From Chlorokybus atmophyticus (taxonomy: Eukaryota; Plantae; Mesostigma and Chlorokybus algae), in the NCBI GenBank assembly GCA_009103225.1, contig RHPI01003369.1:146911-210910 (forward strand): 64,000 nucleotides of DNA, given 5' to 3'. The first letter of the stretch is position 1; each line of letters opens with the position of its first letter. Of the stretch, positions 1-13,450 are shown one piece after another. Both the position numbers and the translations under genes were made by a program. Under the pieces are notes generated by a model. The model was given only the letters and a program-made list of their open reading frames with translations, was not told the origin of the DNA and did no database searches.

Positions 1-3000
1 TCAGGCTGCTCCGCATGCGGGATGTTTGTCACCGTGACGGACGCATGCTCCGTTGTCGCAGCGGCAGTGGTCATGACTGCATCCGCACGTGCATCCGCAC
101 GTGCAAGTTATCGTGGCCATCGGCGATGCGACAGTTGTTCACACGCCCGTCACTTGAACGGACATCCCATATGTGGAGCATGATACTACGAGTCAGCATC
201 CATTGACGCTGTCAGCGCCGCCACGCATGGCCATGGCTGCATCAGCCATATCCGCCACGATACCCGCGCACCACGTCCCTGATAGCGATGATGTGCTCCG
301 ACACATCATCGCCCATTTTGTCGCTTGGAAGTTGCAAGTCGCAATGTGCCAGCTGACTGCACAGCGTTCGCGCGCATATTATCAATATGTAAGACTTGTT
401 GATGTGCAGTATAGTTTTGGCATAAACTTGGCGAGATATTGTTGGTTTGAACCAGATTTAAACACATTGCATGAGCATATATACGTCACATTGTATGTAC
501 AACGACCCAAAATTGTAGTTGCTAAAGTTTAACAGTCTTGAACAAGCCGTTACGACATCAACTAATTCAAGTAGTAGCTGTGTGTGCGCAGTTTTTGGTT
601 GGCGACATCGACATGCATGCGGCTGAGAGCACACCTGTCACTCTTGCTCGTGATATCAGCAGCGAGTATGCGAACGACTACGCACATAACGGCAATACGC
701 GCGCATGTACTACTGAAAGAAACCCCAAGTACCACCGGAACCTCCAGCCGTTGCCGTTATGCCACTTGACGGTAGCGACTGGGTTGGTGTGTGGTGGAGG
801 GTGGAGAAGAGAGGTGGGGGAGTCAGCTGGTTGTTTTGCCAAGTAATGGTGTCGACACCAAAACAGTTTGGGCAATTTGCAATTTGGCAACTTGCCATTG
901 AATGTGGCAGGTCGTGCATGCATGCATGACCAACAGGGTCACCCAACGATTGGGCAGTAGCAATAGCGTGACAATGAAGAGTAGTAAAGTCGGTAGTGGC
1001 AAGTGTGTGTCGTTGACCTGGTGGTCATAAGATGAGTGTTTCTGCAGCTGGGTGTCATATCCATGCATGTGTTGTGCTTGATGCGTACACTCTATATATC
1101 ACTTGTAACGGGAGCAATGGTGATAGGGGTTTTATTGCTACCTAAATGACACATCTTGTATGAATAAGTATAAGTGAATATAAGATTTTACTCATTTATA
1201 CCTCTTTTCTACGGTTCCTCGCTTATCAAAGCTTATAATACTGTATTATAGCTTTGATAAGTCCCAATGAGTGTAGACCCGCCTATTAAGCCTATTTAAT
1301 GCCGCATTTCATGTATGCGATCACTATAATCAGATATTAAGTTAGGTACCTCGTCGCTAAATGCCTTATTGATAAGGACCTTATCGATTGATATCTAAGC
1401 TCTGGTTGGCTTACGCGAGATCTCAACGGCACCCCTATTTGTAGGCCTGATATCTCTTTGTGAGCTTTATATTGAGATAATCATTGTGATATACATATAC
1501 ATATATATAGTACTCTTTATATAAAAGGCCTCATCAACTGATGGGACCTCAATCAGTTTTCTACCCTTCGCAGCGCCACATGCATGGTGCCGGCAGTGTG
1601 ATACGGCTTGTCTCCGGCGGTATGGGTTTTGGGGTAGACGATTGAGGGGGCATGACCCGCGACGGTGGTGCTGTTACATCACTTGCATTTCCTACACAAA
1701 TGTGCGCGCGCGTGCATGCGTATACAATACATTGATATATGTGCATTATATAGGTATTAGTACATGTACATGTATATGAGCCATGGCCATTAGCAGGACC
1801 CGCTAATTGTTTTAAAGTCATTGGTGTTAGCCAAATCGCACTGGTCCCCCAAAAGTTTAAGTTATAGCAACAATGCAAATGCAAAAGCTAATGATATGGT
1901 GTGGGCATGGGCACAAGACCATAGCATGTCTGCAATTGCAAGTTGCTGACCATGGCGGTGCTTGTGCAGGCTGGGCGCCTCTTAAAGGCGCAAGAGGCAA
2001 ACCGTACCAATGCTCTAATCGTGCAATGGTATGAGCACTGTGTTGTTGTGGTTGCCTCTAGCCCCAGTATCGTCAGGGTCTTTGCATATGCTAATCATTG
2101 GCATATGCAGTGCGGGATGCAAATTGAAACTGCATCGCGTACTAACATGTGACCACATTGTCATGGCGCTGAAGGTCAAGTACACTCTTGAAATGTGGTA
2201 TTGGCATTCTTGCTCTTGTAGCTATGGTGCAAGACTTGGAAGGTCCCTTGCAGTTAATAGGCAAAGATGTGCGCAAGTTCGCACTACGCCTTGAAAATGT
2301 ACACGAGAATGTAAACATCAGCTTGGTGTGATGCAATCATACGATGCATGGGTGGCTGCATTTATGGCTTGGGTGCAAGCGTAAGCTGCAGCACTACACG
2401 TGCCACTTTTAAGTGCTCATTCATCACACATGAGCACTCGAAAGTGGAATCTTAGCATATAATTATGTCATTAATGTGGCATTATGTTATGATTAACGCT
2501 GGCCGTAATTATATGCAAAACGATTTGCAGCAGTGCATGGTATGAACTCTGGTGGACAAGTGTGGCCCACCTAGGGTACCTTAGCCCAGTTACATAAATG
2601 TTGGGCTAACATTTGTAAAACCTAATACATATTATTGCCAACCAGTACAGCTGCTGCGCGCGGTGTTGACACTCGCAACATGTGATCACACATGCCATCA
2701 CAGTGGTTGCCGACATCATTGCCCTACGTAGTGATGCCATCAATGCCATCAAGCTTACAACAAGCAGCAAGTTTTTTAAACTAGTATTGAAGGAGTGCCC
2801 GCTCGCTTACCACACTTATACATGTCCAGCTGCACAAGGTCCCACCCAAGCCCCGTTGTATTACAGCTGCATTGACCACAACATACACAGATGCATCTCT
2901 CAAACTCGTGAGTACAAGCCTTTGATTATGCCGAACATGACAAACGTAGTAGATGAGCTGTAAAGCGAGGCACTGGGTGAGCGGTTGCAGATGTCGAGAT

Positions 3001-4044
3001 GGTTTGTGAAGGAGTTATTGAGCTTTGCACGGCTGCAACAACATTTCAACCTCTTTGAGGTCTGCAAGTATCGGGCCCCAGCAGCTCAACGAGGTGGCAT
3101 CATGGCTGCCTACAGCATATGCTCACAATTTACATACAACACAGAAGACTTCTGTCAAGAGTTGGCATACTTTGTTCGAATGTGCCAATCTTTGAAAGAC
3201 CCCGTAGTGTGAATTGCGCAATACTAGTACGAGGTCTTATAAGTATTTAACAAACCAAATGTTGCACCATTCAGGTTCTTACCGCGTCAACAGCACCTCA
3301 CCGCAAAGCATTAGCTAAAATTGGCGAGGGAGTGGAGGTGTCACAGTTTGTGAGGTTCATACACATCTGCAAGTTGCTGCCTTGTCGCCTCCACGCCACA
3401 ACCAGCCCCTATGTATATAACCCTCCTCCTCTATTGCATCAGGTCGGTCCTGTTTGCCTAAGGTGACAACTCGGCATGCCTGCTTGCCGTCCGCCCAATA
3501 GCATCCACTTCACTATTACACGTATATGTATAGCTATGTATAGATACGTAGGTAGGTCTTGGCCCTGTCAAAGCCTTAATTGATCAATTGCTGCTGCTGT
3601 TAAGGGCTTGCATGTGTTACATGCTTGCTGTAATTGTGCTTGCCTTGCGTCAGTACCATTAAAAAGCATGTACCGGTGTATACATGTATGTCACAAATGT
3701 ACGGTACATACAAGTGTACATATATACGTTAATAGTTTGCAAATGTTCATGTTCAAGCGCTTGCGAGTGCTTGCCTGCTGCATTTGTGCTTGACTTGCAT
3801 CAGTACCATTGGAAAGCACGTACACACACACACACACACGCACGCACGCATGCACGCACGCACGCACACACACACGCATACATTTAAAATCAGGTGTGCC
3901 ATTGCTACCTACATTAGCAAATGGTGGTATTGTGTGTTGCATGGTAGGGATGGGGGCTAGGTGGGACCAAGTACGTGCAGTGGCACATGGTATGCGATGT
4001 GTTGGTGGATTATGATTGTTGGGTTGTGCTTATACATGTGAGCG

Positions 4045-4397
<353 letters not shown>

Positions 4398-5492
4398 ATA
4401 TATCTACACGAAACAAATACATATACAATTATATATCAATTGATGCACATGAACATAATATGTGTAATTGTCGAGCTTCATTGAATGATGGGCACACCGT
4501 AGCTACACATACATGAAAACTTCAGAGTAATTTATACATATGGATTGTAATATATGTGGCACTATTTATAAGATGGCTTGAGATATGATTATGATGAAGT
4601 ATTCTGGGCTTAAACAATTATAATCAGGTGTTCTGGGCCTGAACAACACCAACACCAATACCAATGCATTGATTGTTTTATCCATACTAGCAAAAGGTTG
4701 AACTGAGTAGTAATAAAGTACGAAAGTGAGTCCGGTTATGAGTCATAATCGGTACATGCGCCAATGCTCTCTGCAGGCGCAGGTATTCCGGACCCTTGTT
4801 GTCGCTGTAGTCGTCACACTCCTGGACGCCGGCAGCGGCGTCCGCGGCAGAAGGCGGCGTGGTAGGGCGCACCGGGGCGGGGCGGGGTGGGAATGGGAAA
4901 GCGACAAGCGGCTGTTGGACCACCTGGTCTCTGTGTTGTTGAACTCGCTTGCGTGTCTTTTTCACCCCTAGCGCATAGGCGGATCAAGCAAGGGTTTGTG
5001 GGGCGCTGTGAGAGGCGATTGCCGTGGAGGCGGACACGCTCTCCCCTATGAAAGAGCCCGCATGAAGCACAACAGCAATGCGCTGCCGCTCTCGCCGGCG
5101 TCGTCTGAAAGGACCCCGACCACGCCCGCCTCAAGCAGCCGCACGGCGAGCAGCAGCCCCACAGTCGGCACAGCCGGGTGCTCTCCAACCCTTGGAGAAT
5201 CACACTCTCCAAGCACCAGCGGCACGAGCAGCAGCAGCGCAAGCAGTGGTGTGCGGGAGGACATGGCGGCCGCCGCTGCCCTGCTGCCTGTCAACACTGA
5301 CTGTGAGGACGACGTCTATGGAAGCGGCCCAAGTAAGTAACTGATGGTCTGCAGCACAGCAACCACCATGAGCTCTAGCAGCAGCACAGCAAACTCCTGT
5401 GTAACCGAGAGCTTGTGTGTTGATGTGAGTTTGGTATTAATGCATGATCACAGTCAAGGTGCTTGTGCAGTTGTCTTCCATGTCTACTACAG

Positions 5493-6476
5493 GTTGTGCT
5501 ACATCACCGACCAAGAGCCGCTGACATCGGTGCGGCGCGTGACCGTCAGGCTTTGGGATAGACTTGAGACATATCACACGAGACGAATGGTGACCGTCGC
5601 AGTAGTCAAGCAGGACGCCAAGCAACGGACACGTAAGTGCGCTCTTGCAGCAGGTATCATTGCATATTGGTACTCCTGATCGTGAGGCAGCCTCCACACT
5701 GGTTGCACACACGCTAGCAACTGTTTCAGGCATCACTACATCCATGCATGCGACAAGTCTGGTGTCCACTATTTGTATGTAACAGTTACGTGTCTATAAC
5801 TACCGGTACAAGCGTCACGTTTGTTAAACCTACACAAGCAGGCGCGCACACTCAACTGCATGCGCTTCCTGTATTGAGTCAACAGCATCGATTGCTGTTG
5901 TTCAGGATTTCTGGATCACTTGCCACAAAAGGGTGGGCAAAAGTCAGCGTATTGGAATGATGGTTACTCTGACTACTTGACCATGTAAGCCAATCATGGG
6001 AAGTTCGTTGGTACCTGCAAAGTCGTCATTGTTGTTGTCCGTTCGCTGGCTGAGTGCGTGTTGGTTTGCACCTCAGGTTCTTCTCTCGGCGTCATGAGTA
6101 TTACTGGACTGAAGGGAGCTGCCATTTGCCATTCCCTGCCAGTCATTGGAGCAATCCGCTGGAAGCATCAGTGAGGCCCCCACAAGGTGTGTATCTCAGT
6201 TTGGTGTACAGCCTTGCACTACTACATGTATGGTAAACATGTGTATTCACGGCTAGCATGTTCCCAGGATATGTGCCAAAGAAGCCCTGGCCTCGAGTAC
6301 ATGTTCCATCCAAGTGGATTTGCGATGTTACTCCCCGTTTTGACACGTATGATGCGCCCTGGTGGTGGTACGACCCATGGTCCTGTGTCAATCGCTCGCA
6401 GAAAACATTGACACAAAAAGAGCTGGAGGAAAACTACTGGGACATTCTAGGCATCAAACCCCCGTCATCAGCTTAG
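5493..6476 (+). CDS. Spliced orphan protein with a Trp/Tyr/Pro-rich C-terminus (5' end unresolved)
   Basis: Four phase-compatible GT-AG exons (5493-5632, 5906-5984, 6077-6186, 6268-6476) give LCYITDQEPL...KQRTRFLDHLPQKGGQKSAYWNDGYSDYLTMFFSRRHEYYW...PWWWYDPWSCV...GIKPPSSA*. No family recognised. Confidence 0.65.
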
Positions 6477-6641
6477 AGTTCTTTGTAAGTTGTATGATAT
6501 CAGTAATGTGGTCATTGTCCAAGATGCTCTTCTCATGTTGAGTATAGAAATATCAGCTGTGAATGTTGTTTGAACGCTGTTGGGGTAGGCTATAGGGCAC
6601 AAAGGGGTATGCTGCTGTGCCAGCATGCATGCTGTTAAGCT

Positions 6642-6643
<2 letters not shown>

Positions 6644-6697
<54 letters not shown>
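6644..6697. repeat. (AG)n microsatellite
   Basis: Perfect AG run of about 54 bp. Confidence 0.97.
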
Positions 6698-6699
<2 letters not shown>

Positions 6700-7799
6700 T
6701 AGCCAGTTGCACATGCATGTAGTGAAAGAATCTAACTTGCTATTTCAGGTTGTGTGGACATGGACGTAGGCTGCTCCTTACCAAGGAGTCGCTTGACAGG
6801 ACTCAGGAGGTTGTGTCCAAGAGGGCTTGTGCGATGTGTCAAAGAAGTGGTATGCTGAGGAGGTTGTGCCCAAGCTCGAGCTTGTGGGTTGTGGGTTCTC
6901 ACGCAAATGCTATTACCTCTGCGATGGCACCGAAACTCTTCACGAGTTGAGTTGTGCTGGTCTTTGGCGAACAATGACGTGACAGCTAAGCCACAGCTAA
7001 TCAACAACACTACTAGCATTAACCAAAGTACGTGGCAATATGGCTATTGAACTAGCACTAATAACTGCACCACCCAACCTACTCATTCACACCCTACACC
7101 GCATGCCTAAGCACACCACAGGAAAGCCACTATAACACTGACATAACTAACTGTGCGTGCTAAACCTTAGCTAGCTCAAGGCTAATGCACACATGAGAAC
7201 CGCATGGATATAGTGGTCAAGTGTACAGGATATACGCGAGGCAGGTGCATGTACGAGTGAGAATAGATCTCGAAACCTATTCAAAGCATGCAATAACTGC
7301 AGCACATCCATTATACATGCTCCATATCATTCAGCAGGCAGCATACCTCAGCACATACTTGCATTAAACCAGCGAGCTGCCTGCTGCGTGATGCTACTAA
7401 GCTTGCATGTTATGCTTGATGTGATGTATGTCACCAATCATGAGCCCATTAGTCAAGCACAACAATATTGATTATATATATCAAACATCCTGCCATGCTC
7501 AGAGAATGAGATATGAGTTTGGTAAATGGCACCTGAATTGGCATGAATTGGATGTGCTGAGTAACATTCATGCAACAAATTGCAACACAAGCAGTCTACT
7601 TCTTGCAAGTGGACAGTGTGATGGTTGCGGCCATTGAGGGCGTCGACACTAGCGCACTCTCGTTTTAGCAGGTCTTGCGCGCACCATGGCACGATTCTTG
7701 CAGCAGGACGACAAAGAGATGATCGACATAGCCATAGCTGTTGTCCACGAAGGAGGCGCCGGACAACCATATTTCAATAATCAACCGCAGGGTTAAATG

Positions 7800-8760
7800 C
7801 TGGTGCGTGGCTGACAGGCCTGCTGTTGACACCGGCAACTAGGCCGGCGACATTTTTGGGAAATGTACAGCGTTGCATGTGCGCCTAGGGTTAACATTGC
7901 CACACCCGTTGCTAGTAGGCTTGGCGCATTGCGTGTGCGGATCTTCGCTGCAACCGGAGGGCATTTACTTGCTGTGCTGTGGCGTCGCCACGCCATGGGC
8001 CGAGCGCGTATACGCGCGGTATGTACCGCCACACACGACGCGGTGCGCGATGAGGTGTTCGCCCTGCTGACAAAGGGTGGCTTCGTCGTCAGCCGCAAGC
8101 GATCACGTTTCGTGCCCGGGCCCGTCCGACCAGCGGAGGTACTACTAGGTAGTATAGTTGCATGGCAGGCAGCTGGAGCTGGTGGCGTTTGCTAGGACGC
8201 GACAGAAAGTTGCCTGGATATCGCGGTCACGGTGTGTGCACGTGGGGATCTAGCGGGTACTGCCATGCGTGTGGCGGAAGCGGCTAAGCCTTAGCCGACG
8301 GCGTCGCGAGTATGACGACCACCATCCGAGAGAGTTCTTCTACCCACTCGCGATGGACACACATGGACTCTCATGATGTTGGCAAGGCTTTCTAGCATAT
8401 GTTGCGCCTGTGCACATCGCTGCAGTGCGCGGAGCGGAGCCACGCCTCGGAGGCTTTTGCATCGGCTAATAGCGCGTGGCGTGCACCTTGCAGCGAGCAC
8501 AAGCAATGGCGATCTTGAAGCAGTGAGCGAACGCTAGGCGGCGGTGGCCGCGGTACGTGGACCGTTCACGTACCGCGGCCACCGCCGGAAAGAGGCTCTA
8601 TCCGGGATGAACCGGGGGCCCCGCGGCTTGAGGCCCTCCTACTACTGAGGCAAACGCTGCGATCACTTAGCATGATAGGGTGCCACCTAGTAGCTATTTG
8701 ATACAAGTTGTAGCATGACATGGTGTGCGTCTAGGGTTGTATTTGTTGGCGAGTAGTAGC
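7800..8760 (+). mobile_element. Degenerate DIRS/Ngaro-like reverse transcriptase relic
   Basis: EVFALLTKGGFVVSRKRSRFVPGPVRPAEVLLGSIV resembles the DIRS RT segment after YxDD (L..LGF.vn..KS...P.....LG..i). It is intronless, has stops downstream and no intact YxDD. Confidence 0.4.
8539..8587. repeat. Perfect 21-bp inverted repeat with a 7-nt loop
   Basis: cggcggtggccgcggtacgtg (8539-8559) / cacgtaccgcggccaccgccg (8567-8587). Confidence 0.97.
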
Positions 8761-10989
8761 TAGGCATGGTGACAGCATGCTTGTGTCACGTCCCGGACGT
8801 CCTTTAAAAGGACTGGCTGAAGAGACTCTCAGTTTCTTACTTATGTGGTAAGTAAGAATAAGTAAGTGAGGATTTTGTATAGTCATGGTGTGTGTAGCAC
8901 CTGGCATATGTCACAGTAGCCTGCTGAGTGCTCATTAAAGAAGTCAGGTTCTTATGCACTTTGTGTATAAGGACCTAGCTGCTACATAAGATACTATCGA
9001 CTAGTAAGTACATGATTAGGCAGTGTCAAGCGTATATAGTTGTTAAGGCACTAAGAGTGTTGCCTTTAAAGGCAACACTTTGATAAATTGATAAATATCA
9101 ATGTGTTAGAGGGTGGACAAAGTCAGCATGTGCTAACAGGTCAGCGCATAGGTGGCGAGGCTTTGTTGGCCTCGGATATTGTGCTTCAGGTCGGAGAGCA
9201 ACGGGTAGTATAAAGGCATGGCTACCACCTCGTGGTGGTAAGGACTTACTGGCCTTGCCAGAGCTATCCGTGTGTGAGGTGCTTGGCTGAAGCTGTTGAA
9301 GGGGCTCTCCCCACCTACTCCCTTGTGGTTGTTGCTAGTCGCAAGATGTGTTGTAAAGTTCAACTCCTTGTGCAGAAGTTTGTGACCCTCACTAGCAGGT
9401 GAGTGAGGGGTCAACGTAATAGCTTGCATGTCGATAAAAATGGAGGATGTCGTTTGCAACACTACTAGAAGGGCCCCTTCGGGAGGGAGGGAGAGATTGG
9501 GAGAGGGTCCAGTAGACTCTCTCCTTGCCCCTCTCCGTCTCTCTCCCTCCCTCCCTCCCTCCCTCCCTCACGAAGGAGCATGCCGGCCGCCGGTGCGGCG
9601 CGGTATACCGAACACGATGTACAGTGCGCGTGCATGCGCGCGCCCACACTTGCGCCAATCAATGTGGGAGTGCAAGTAAAAGAACCCTTTGTGAGAGTAG
9701 AAGACTTTGCATGACAACTTGTGTGAGCGTGCACTTTCAATTGCAGGCAACCGCGAGTCTCTGTTCTGTTAATGAGTTTGCAAACATTTAAAGTTTGAAA
9801 ACTTGTTGAACAACATGTGTTAATGAGCTTACAAATCAAATGTAAAGCATTTGCAATCAAATGCATGAAATGCCTAAGGCACAAGGGCCCCTTACCGGGT
9901 TTCCTGGTGGAATGGCTAACTGTGCACTCCAATGCCAAACCGATGCTTGGGTTAGCATAGCAGCGACACACCTGATCGAGGTGCCGCACATGCCCGGCAG
10001 TTCCGAACCTTGAATACTCACAAGGCTCAGTGCTATCCTGCCATACTAGCGCGTGGTAGGATAGCACACGGGCGGGGGGACCAAATACCATGTGGCGCAG
10101 ACATGATATGTCTGCACAGACATGCAGCGGCGGGGGTTGGGAGCGGCGGCGGGGGGGTGCGTAAGTTCATGGGAGGCGCTGATACGACACTTGTACAAAC
10201 AATGCGGGACATCATTGCTCATGCACTGTGTCATGTACTTTATGTCAGCATGGATACAACATGCTGCAGGCATCCATTCTCACATACACTCAACCACCAG
10301 GCTATGCTACCACGTCTCGGCTACCAGCTACACCACCACCCCGTTAGTCAAGCAAGCATGCATGCATCAGATTGTAATCACCTGCCCACATGGGCTGATG
10401 TTAGTGGCCAGTAGTCGCCAACAATGTCAACATTAACATCGGCAACGACGACTCCCTCGGCCTCGCCCTCCCCCTCCGCCTCCCTGCGCTTCTCCAGCCC
10501 GTTACTCCGCTAGTTGCTGCTTTGCGCAGCGTGAACCCTACCGCACTGCCTATGTCAGCAGTGCTCCGCTCGCGGCACGTGCGCCTTCATACACCACATT
10601 GTACAAGGCCTGTGCCATTGCAGAGCTCAGCACTGTACAGTGTTGTAGTGCATCATGACGCTCTGGTTCGGGTAGGATTAGGTGGGGTTGGGTGGTGGGG
10701 TTGTGTATAAAAGGTATGGAACTGTGCTGGTAACCCCTGGTACAGACATGCATGACTAAACGGGGTTGGGCAGTAGAGGGTTTGGAGTAGCGAAGTAGGT
10801 ACCCTCAACGTGCCTAACCCGGTGGTCATGTTGCAAGTGCATTGTTTGAACCACTTAGGTGTTTCGTGATCGAATAAAGGTTTGCTGAGTGTTATCATCA
10901 TCTCGTTGCATATTCTACACACAACTCAAACACGTTCCTTCGCTATTGCTCATTGTGCCTTGCGCGTACATGTGGCATGCACATGGGCT

Positions 10990-11711
10990 CGCGCTTACGT
11001 ACGGCCATGAGGACCGTCCTCATGGGGGACCCATCTCCGCGATGGCCTGAAGAGAAACCTCGGAGTTCGCCTCGAACCTCAACACATCTCGCAAATTGAC
11101 TGTGACGAACTTGGGCAAAGCGGAGCTCCCATACCTGCAAATACAGCGCGACATATCAGTCTGTTCCACTTGAATCTGCCAACAGCAAGAGTCCAATTTC
11201 TACAATACTCCTTACCACCAGCAATGCCGCGCAGCGTTGGAAGGCGCCTGTAAAGAGGGGTGTGCCCTCCCTCAAAGCCTGGCCTGACACCTGAACCAGA
11301 CCTAAACTTCTGCCCGCGCATACCGAAACCGCAGGTGGCGCCCTGACCAGCTGCGGGACCACGACCCTTGCGCTTCTCCGCCCTTCGCGAGCCAGGAACC
11401 GGCCTTAGATTGCCCAACCCCGATTGCTCTGTCGCCAAAGCCAGATCATTATCACACTCCTTTGGCATGCAAGTTTGCTGTTGATCGTGTGACAAACCAA
11501 TGATTTAATTGCTAACATATCTTGCGGAAGTGTATATGGTGTCCACGACTCGACTTCTGTAACATGGTACCTGTGGACTCTTCAGTGGCAGCAACGGCGC
11601 AGACAATGAGTGAGGTAGTCCTGGTTGTGTTTTGCTGGGCAGTGCGCAGTGAAGGCTTCGGCCGAACAGTGCGGACGATGTGGCAGCAGACGACAAGGAG
11701 GCGCTGCCCAT
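10990..11711 (-). pseudogene. rpl15: Plastid ribosomal protein L15 pseudogene (intron-containing)
   Basis: Transit-peptide-like exon MGSASLSSAATSSALF (ATG 11711), then [19 protein letters not shown]...[12 protein letters not shown]...[21 protein letters not shown]|GMGA. A frameshift precedes [10 protein letters not shown] (about 11115) and a second disruption lies at about 11005-11025. Conserved residues are altered (QKSRSG to QKFRSG, GGQ to GGH). Confidence 0.85.
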
Positions 11712-12905
11712 GAACTGGCTGCCTCGCGCCTGACAACTTCAACAACAATAAGCACCCATTGGAGCCAACAAAGAACATTTCAATTGTGACCATGGTAAAC
11801 GCATCGCAATGCTGCAGTTTTCTACATACAATGCACATACATAAGGGAATTGTCTCAATGCAGTATATCAGTCAACCTACAGCAACTTTTTCATTACGTA
11901 CATTGGACGTAGAAAACTGCAGCAATCCAATTCAAACAAGCCTGCCAATTGCAGGAACTTCCCTGTTTTGCTGCAACCAACCGGCAGACTCCTTGTACAA
12001 TCAGTGCGCAAACATCTGCAAGCATTCAAGCGCTGCAGCAAGGTGCGATATCAGTGTTTGCTTCACAGTGTTGTGGCTTCAACCACAATGCACATGTGCA
12101 TAAGAAGCGTAACAGTACAAGTGGTAGGCACACAGAGGGTGGAGGAGGCCTTCTTACCTAGCATGCAAAGAACACTCCATGCAATACAATAATATTAATG
12201 TTTTAGCGGTACCCAAGTACTGCGCTTGCTGCATATATGTGCACCGGTGACGCGGCTAAAGGCAGCATAGCAAGTAGTAGTTACAGGAGCAGTAGTAGTT
12301 ACAGGAGCAGTAGTAGTGTTTGGCAGGCAGCACAATCGCAACGCAGAACTACTAGTATAATATAGTACAGATAGCATCAGCCATAACATGCGCTCATTGA
12401 TATAGTACGGTGTAGTATGAGCCACGACAACAGAAGCTTTTGTGGCTCTCTGCTATATATAGCAGTAGCTGCACCGTCTGGGTGCAGTTAATAGCGAAGC
12501 TTGCAAGCAACGTGCACCCAGCAAGTGCCGGCACTGCTGAGCAGCAGGTAAAATTTGAAAAAGAACAGAAGGCACAACAACATTGCGAATGGGTACGCTG
12601 CAAGACTTACTCGGTGCTGCGCACACTCAGCAGCATGCTTGGGCGCGCTGTGCTGCCGCCTGCATGAGCGAGTGCATGCACTGCAGCCTGCCTTTACCAC
12701 GTGTGCCTGAGCCTACACAAGGCTTGCAGCAGGAGCACCAGCCGAAGACCGCGCGCTGCTCCACCACCGGAAGCCTCCCTCTCCCGGAGGCCGCCCCACC
12801 CCAAACCCTGAAACTAGGGTTACAGGCAGACCCGCCCGATCGCGTTGCATGTGCTCATGCTGCCCTCCGGCGCTTCTCCGAAGAGAGCCACTGCCCCAGT
12901 TCAAA

Positions 12906-13111
12906 CTCGATGGCGGCGGCAGCGGCAGCGGCGGCGGGCGCGAGCGGCGAGGATGACATGCGGGACGAGCATCTGTTAGTCCCTGTCCAGCCACCGGGTA
13001 TGTACGAATGCGAATGTGTGTGCGTCAGGGCCGTGTGGCGGCCCTGAGTCCAACCTCTCCCTGCCCGATTAATGGATGGATGAATGGATGGATAGACGTG
13101 CGGGCAGCGCA

Positions 13112-13163
<52 letters not shown>

Positions 13164-13370
13164 NCTCGATGGCGGCGGCAGCGGCAGCGGCGGCGGGCGC
13201 GAGCGGCGAGGATGACATGCGGGACGAGCATCTGTTAGTCCCTGTCCAGCCACCGGGTATGTACGAATGCGAATGTGTGTGCGTCAGGGCCGTGTGGCGG
13301 CCCTGAGTCCAACCTCTCCCTGCCCGATTAATGGATGGATGAATGGATGGATAGACGTGCGGGCAGCGCA

Positions 13371-13420
<50 letters not shown>
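12906..13420. repeat. Identical tandem copy (12906-13163 / 13165-about 13420) joined across one N; probable assembly artefact
   Basis: Both copies start ctcgatggcggcggcagc, contain the same exon and end in a (CT)n tract. The junction is an N. Confidence 0.85.

Positions 13421-13450
<30 letters not shown>

Noticed and set aside
15-850. Adjacent plus-strand ORFs 173-532 and 538-846
   Set aside because: No recognisable motif or consistent splice structure, so they cannot be supported as a gene.
1943-3300. Possible degenerate hAT-like transposase
   Set aside because: Only broken frames with a vague resemblance. No catalytic or dimerisation motif and no TIRs were identified.
9400-10560. Possible minus-strand exons continuing RPL15 or another gene
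   Set aside because: The frames could not be joined consistently and no family motif was seen.
12271-12318. 18-bp tandem repeat gtagtagttacaggagca (about 2.5 copies)
   Set aside because: An ordinary minisatellite without spacers, so not CRISPR-like.
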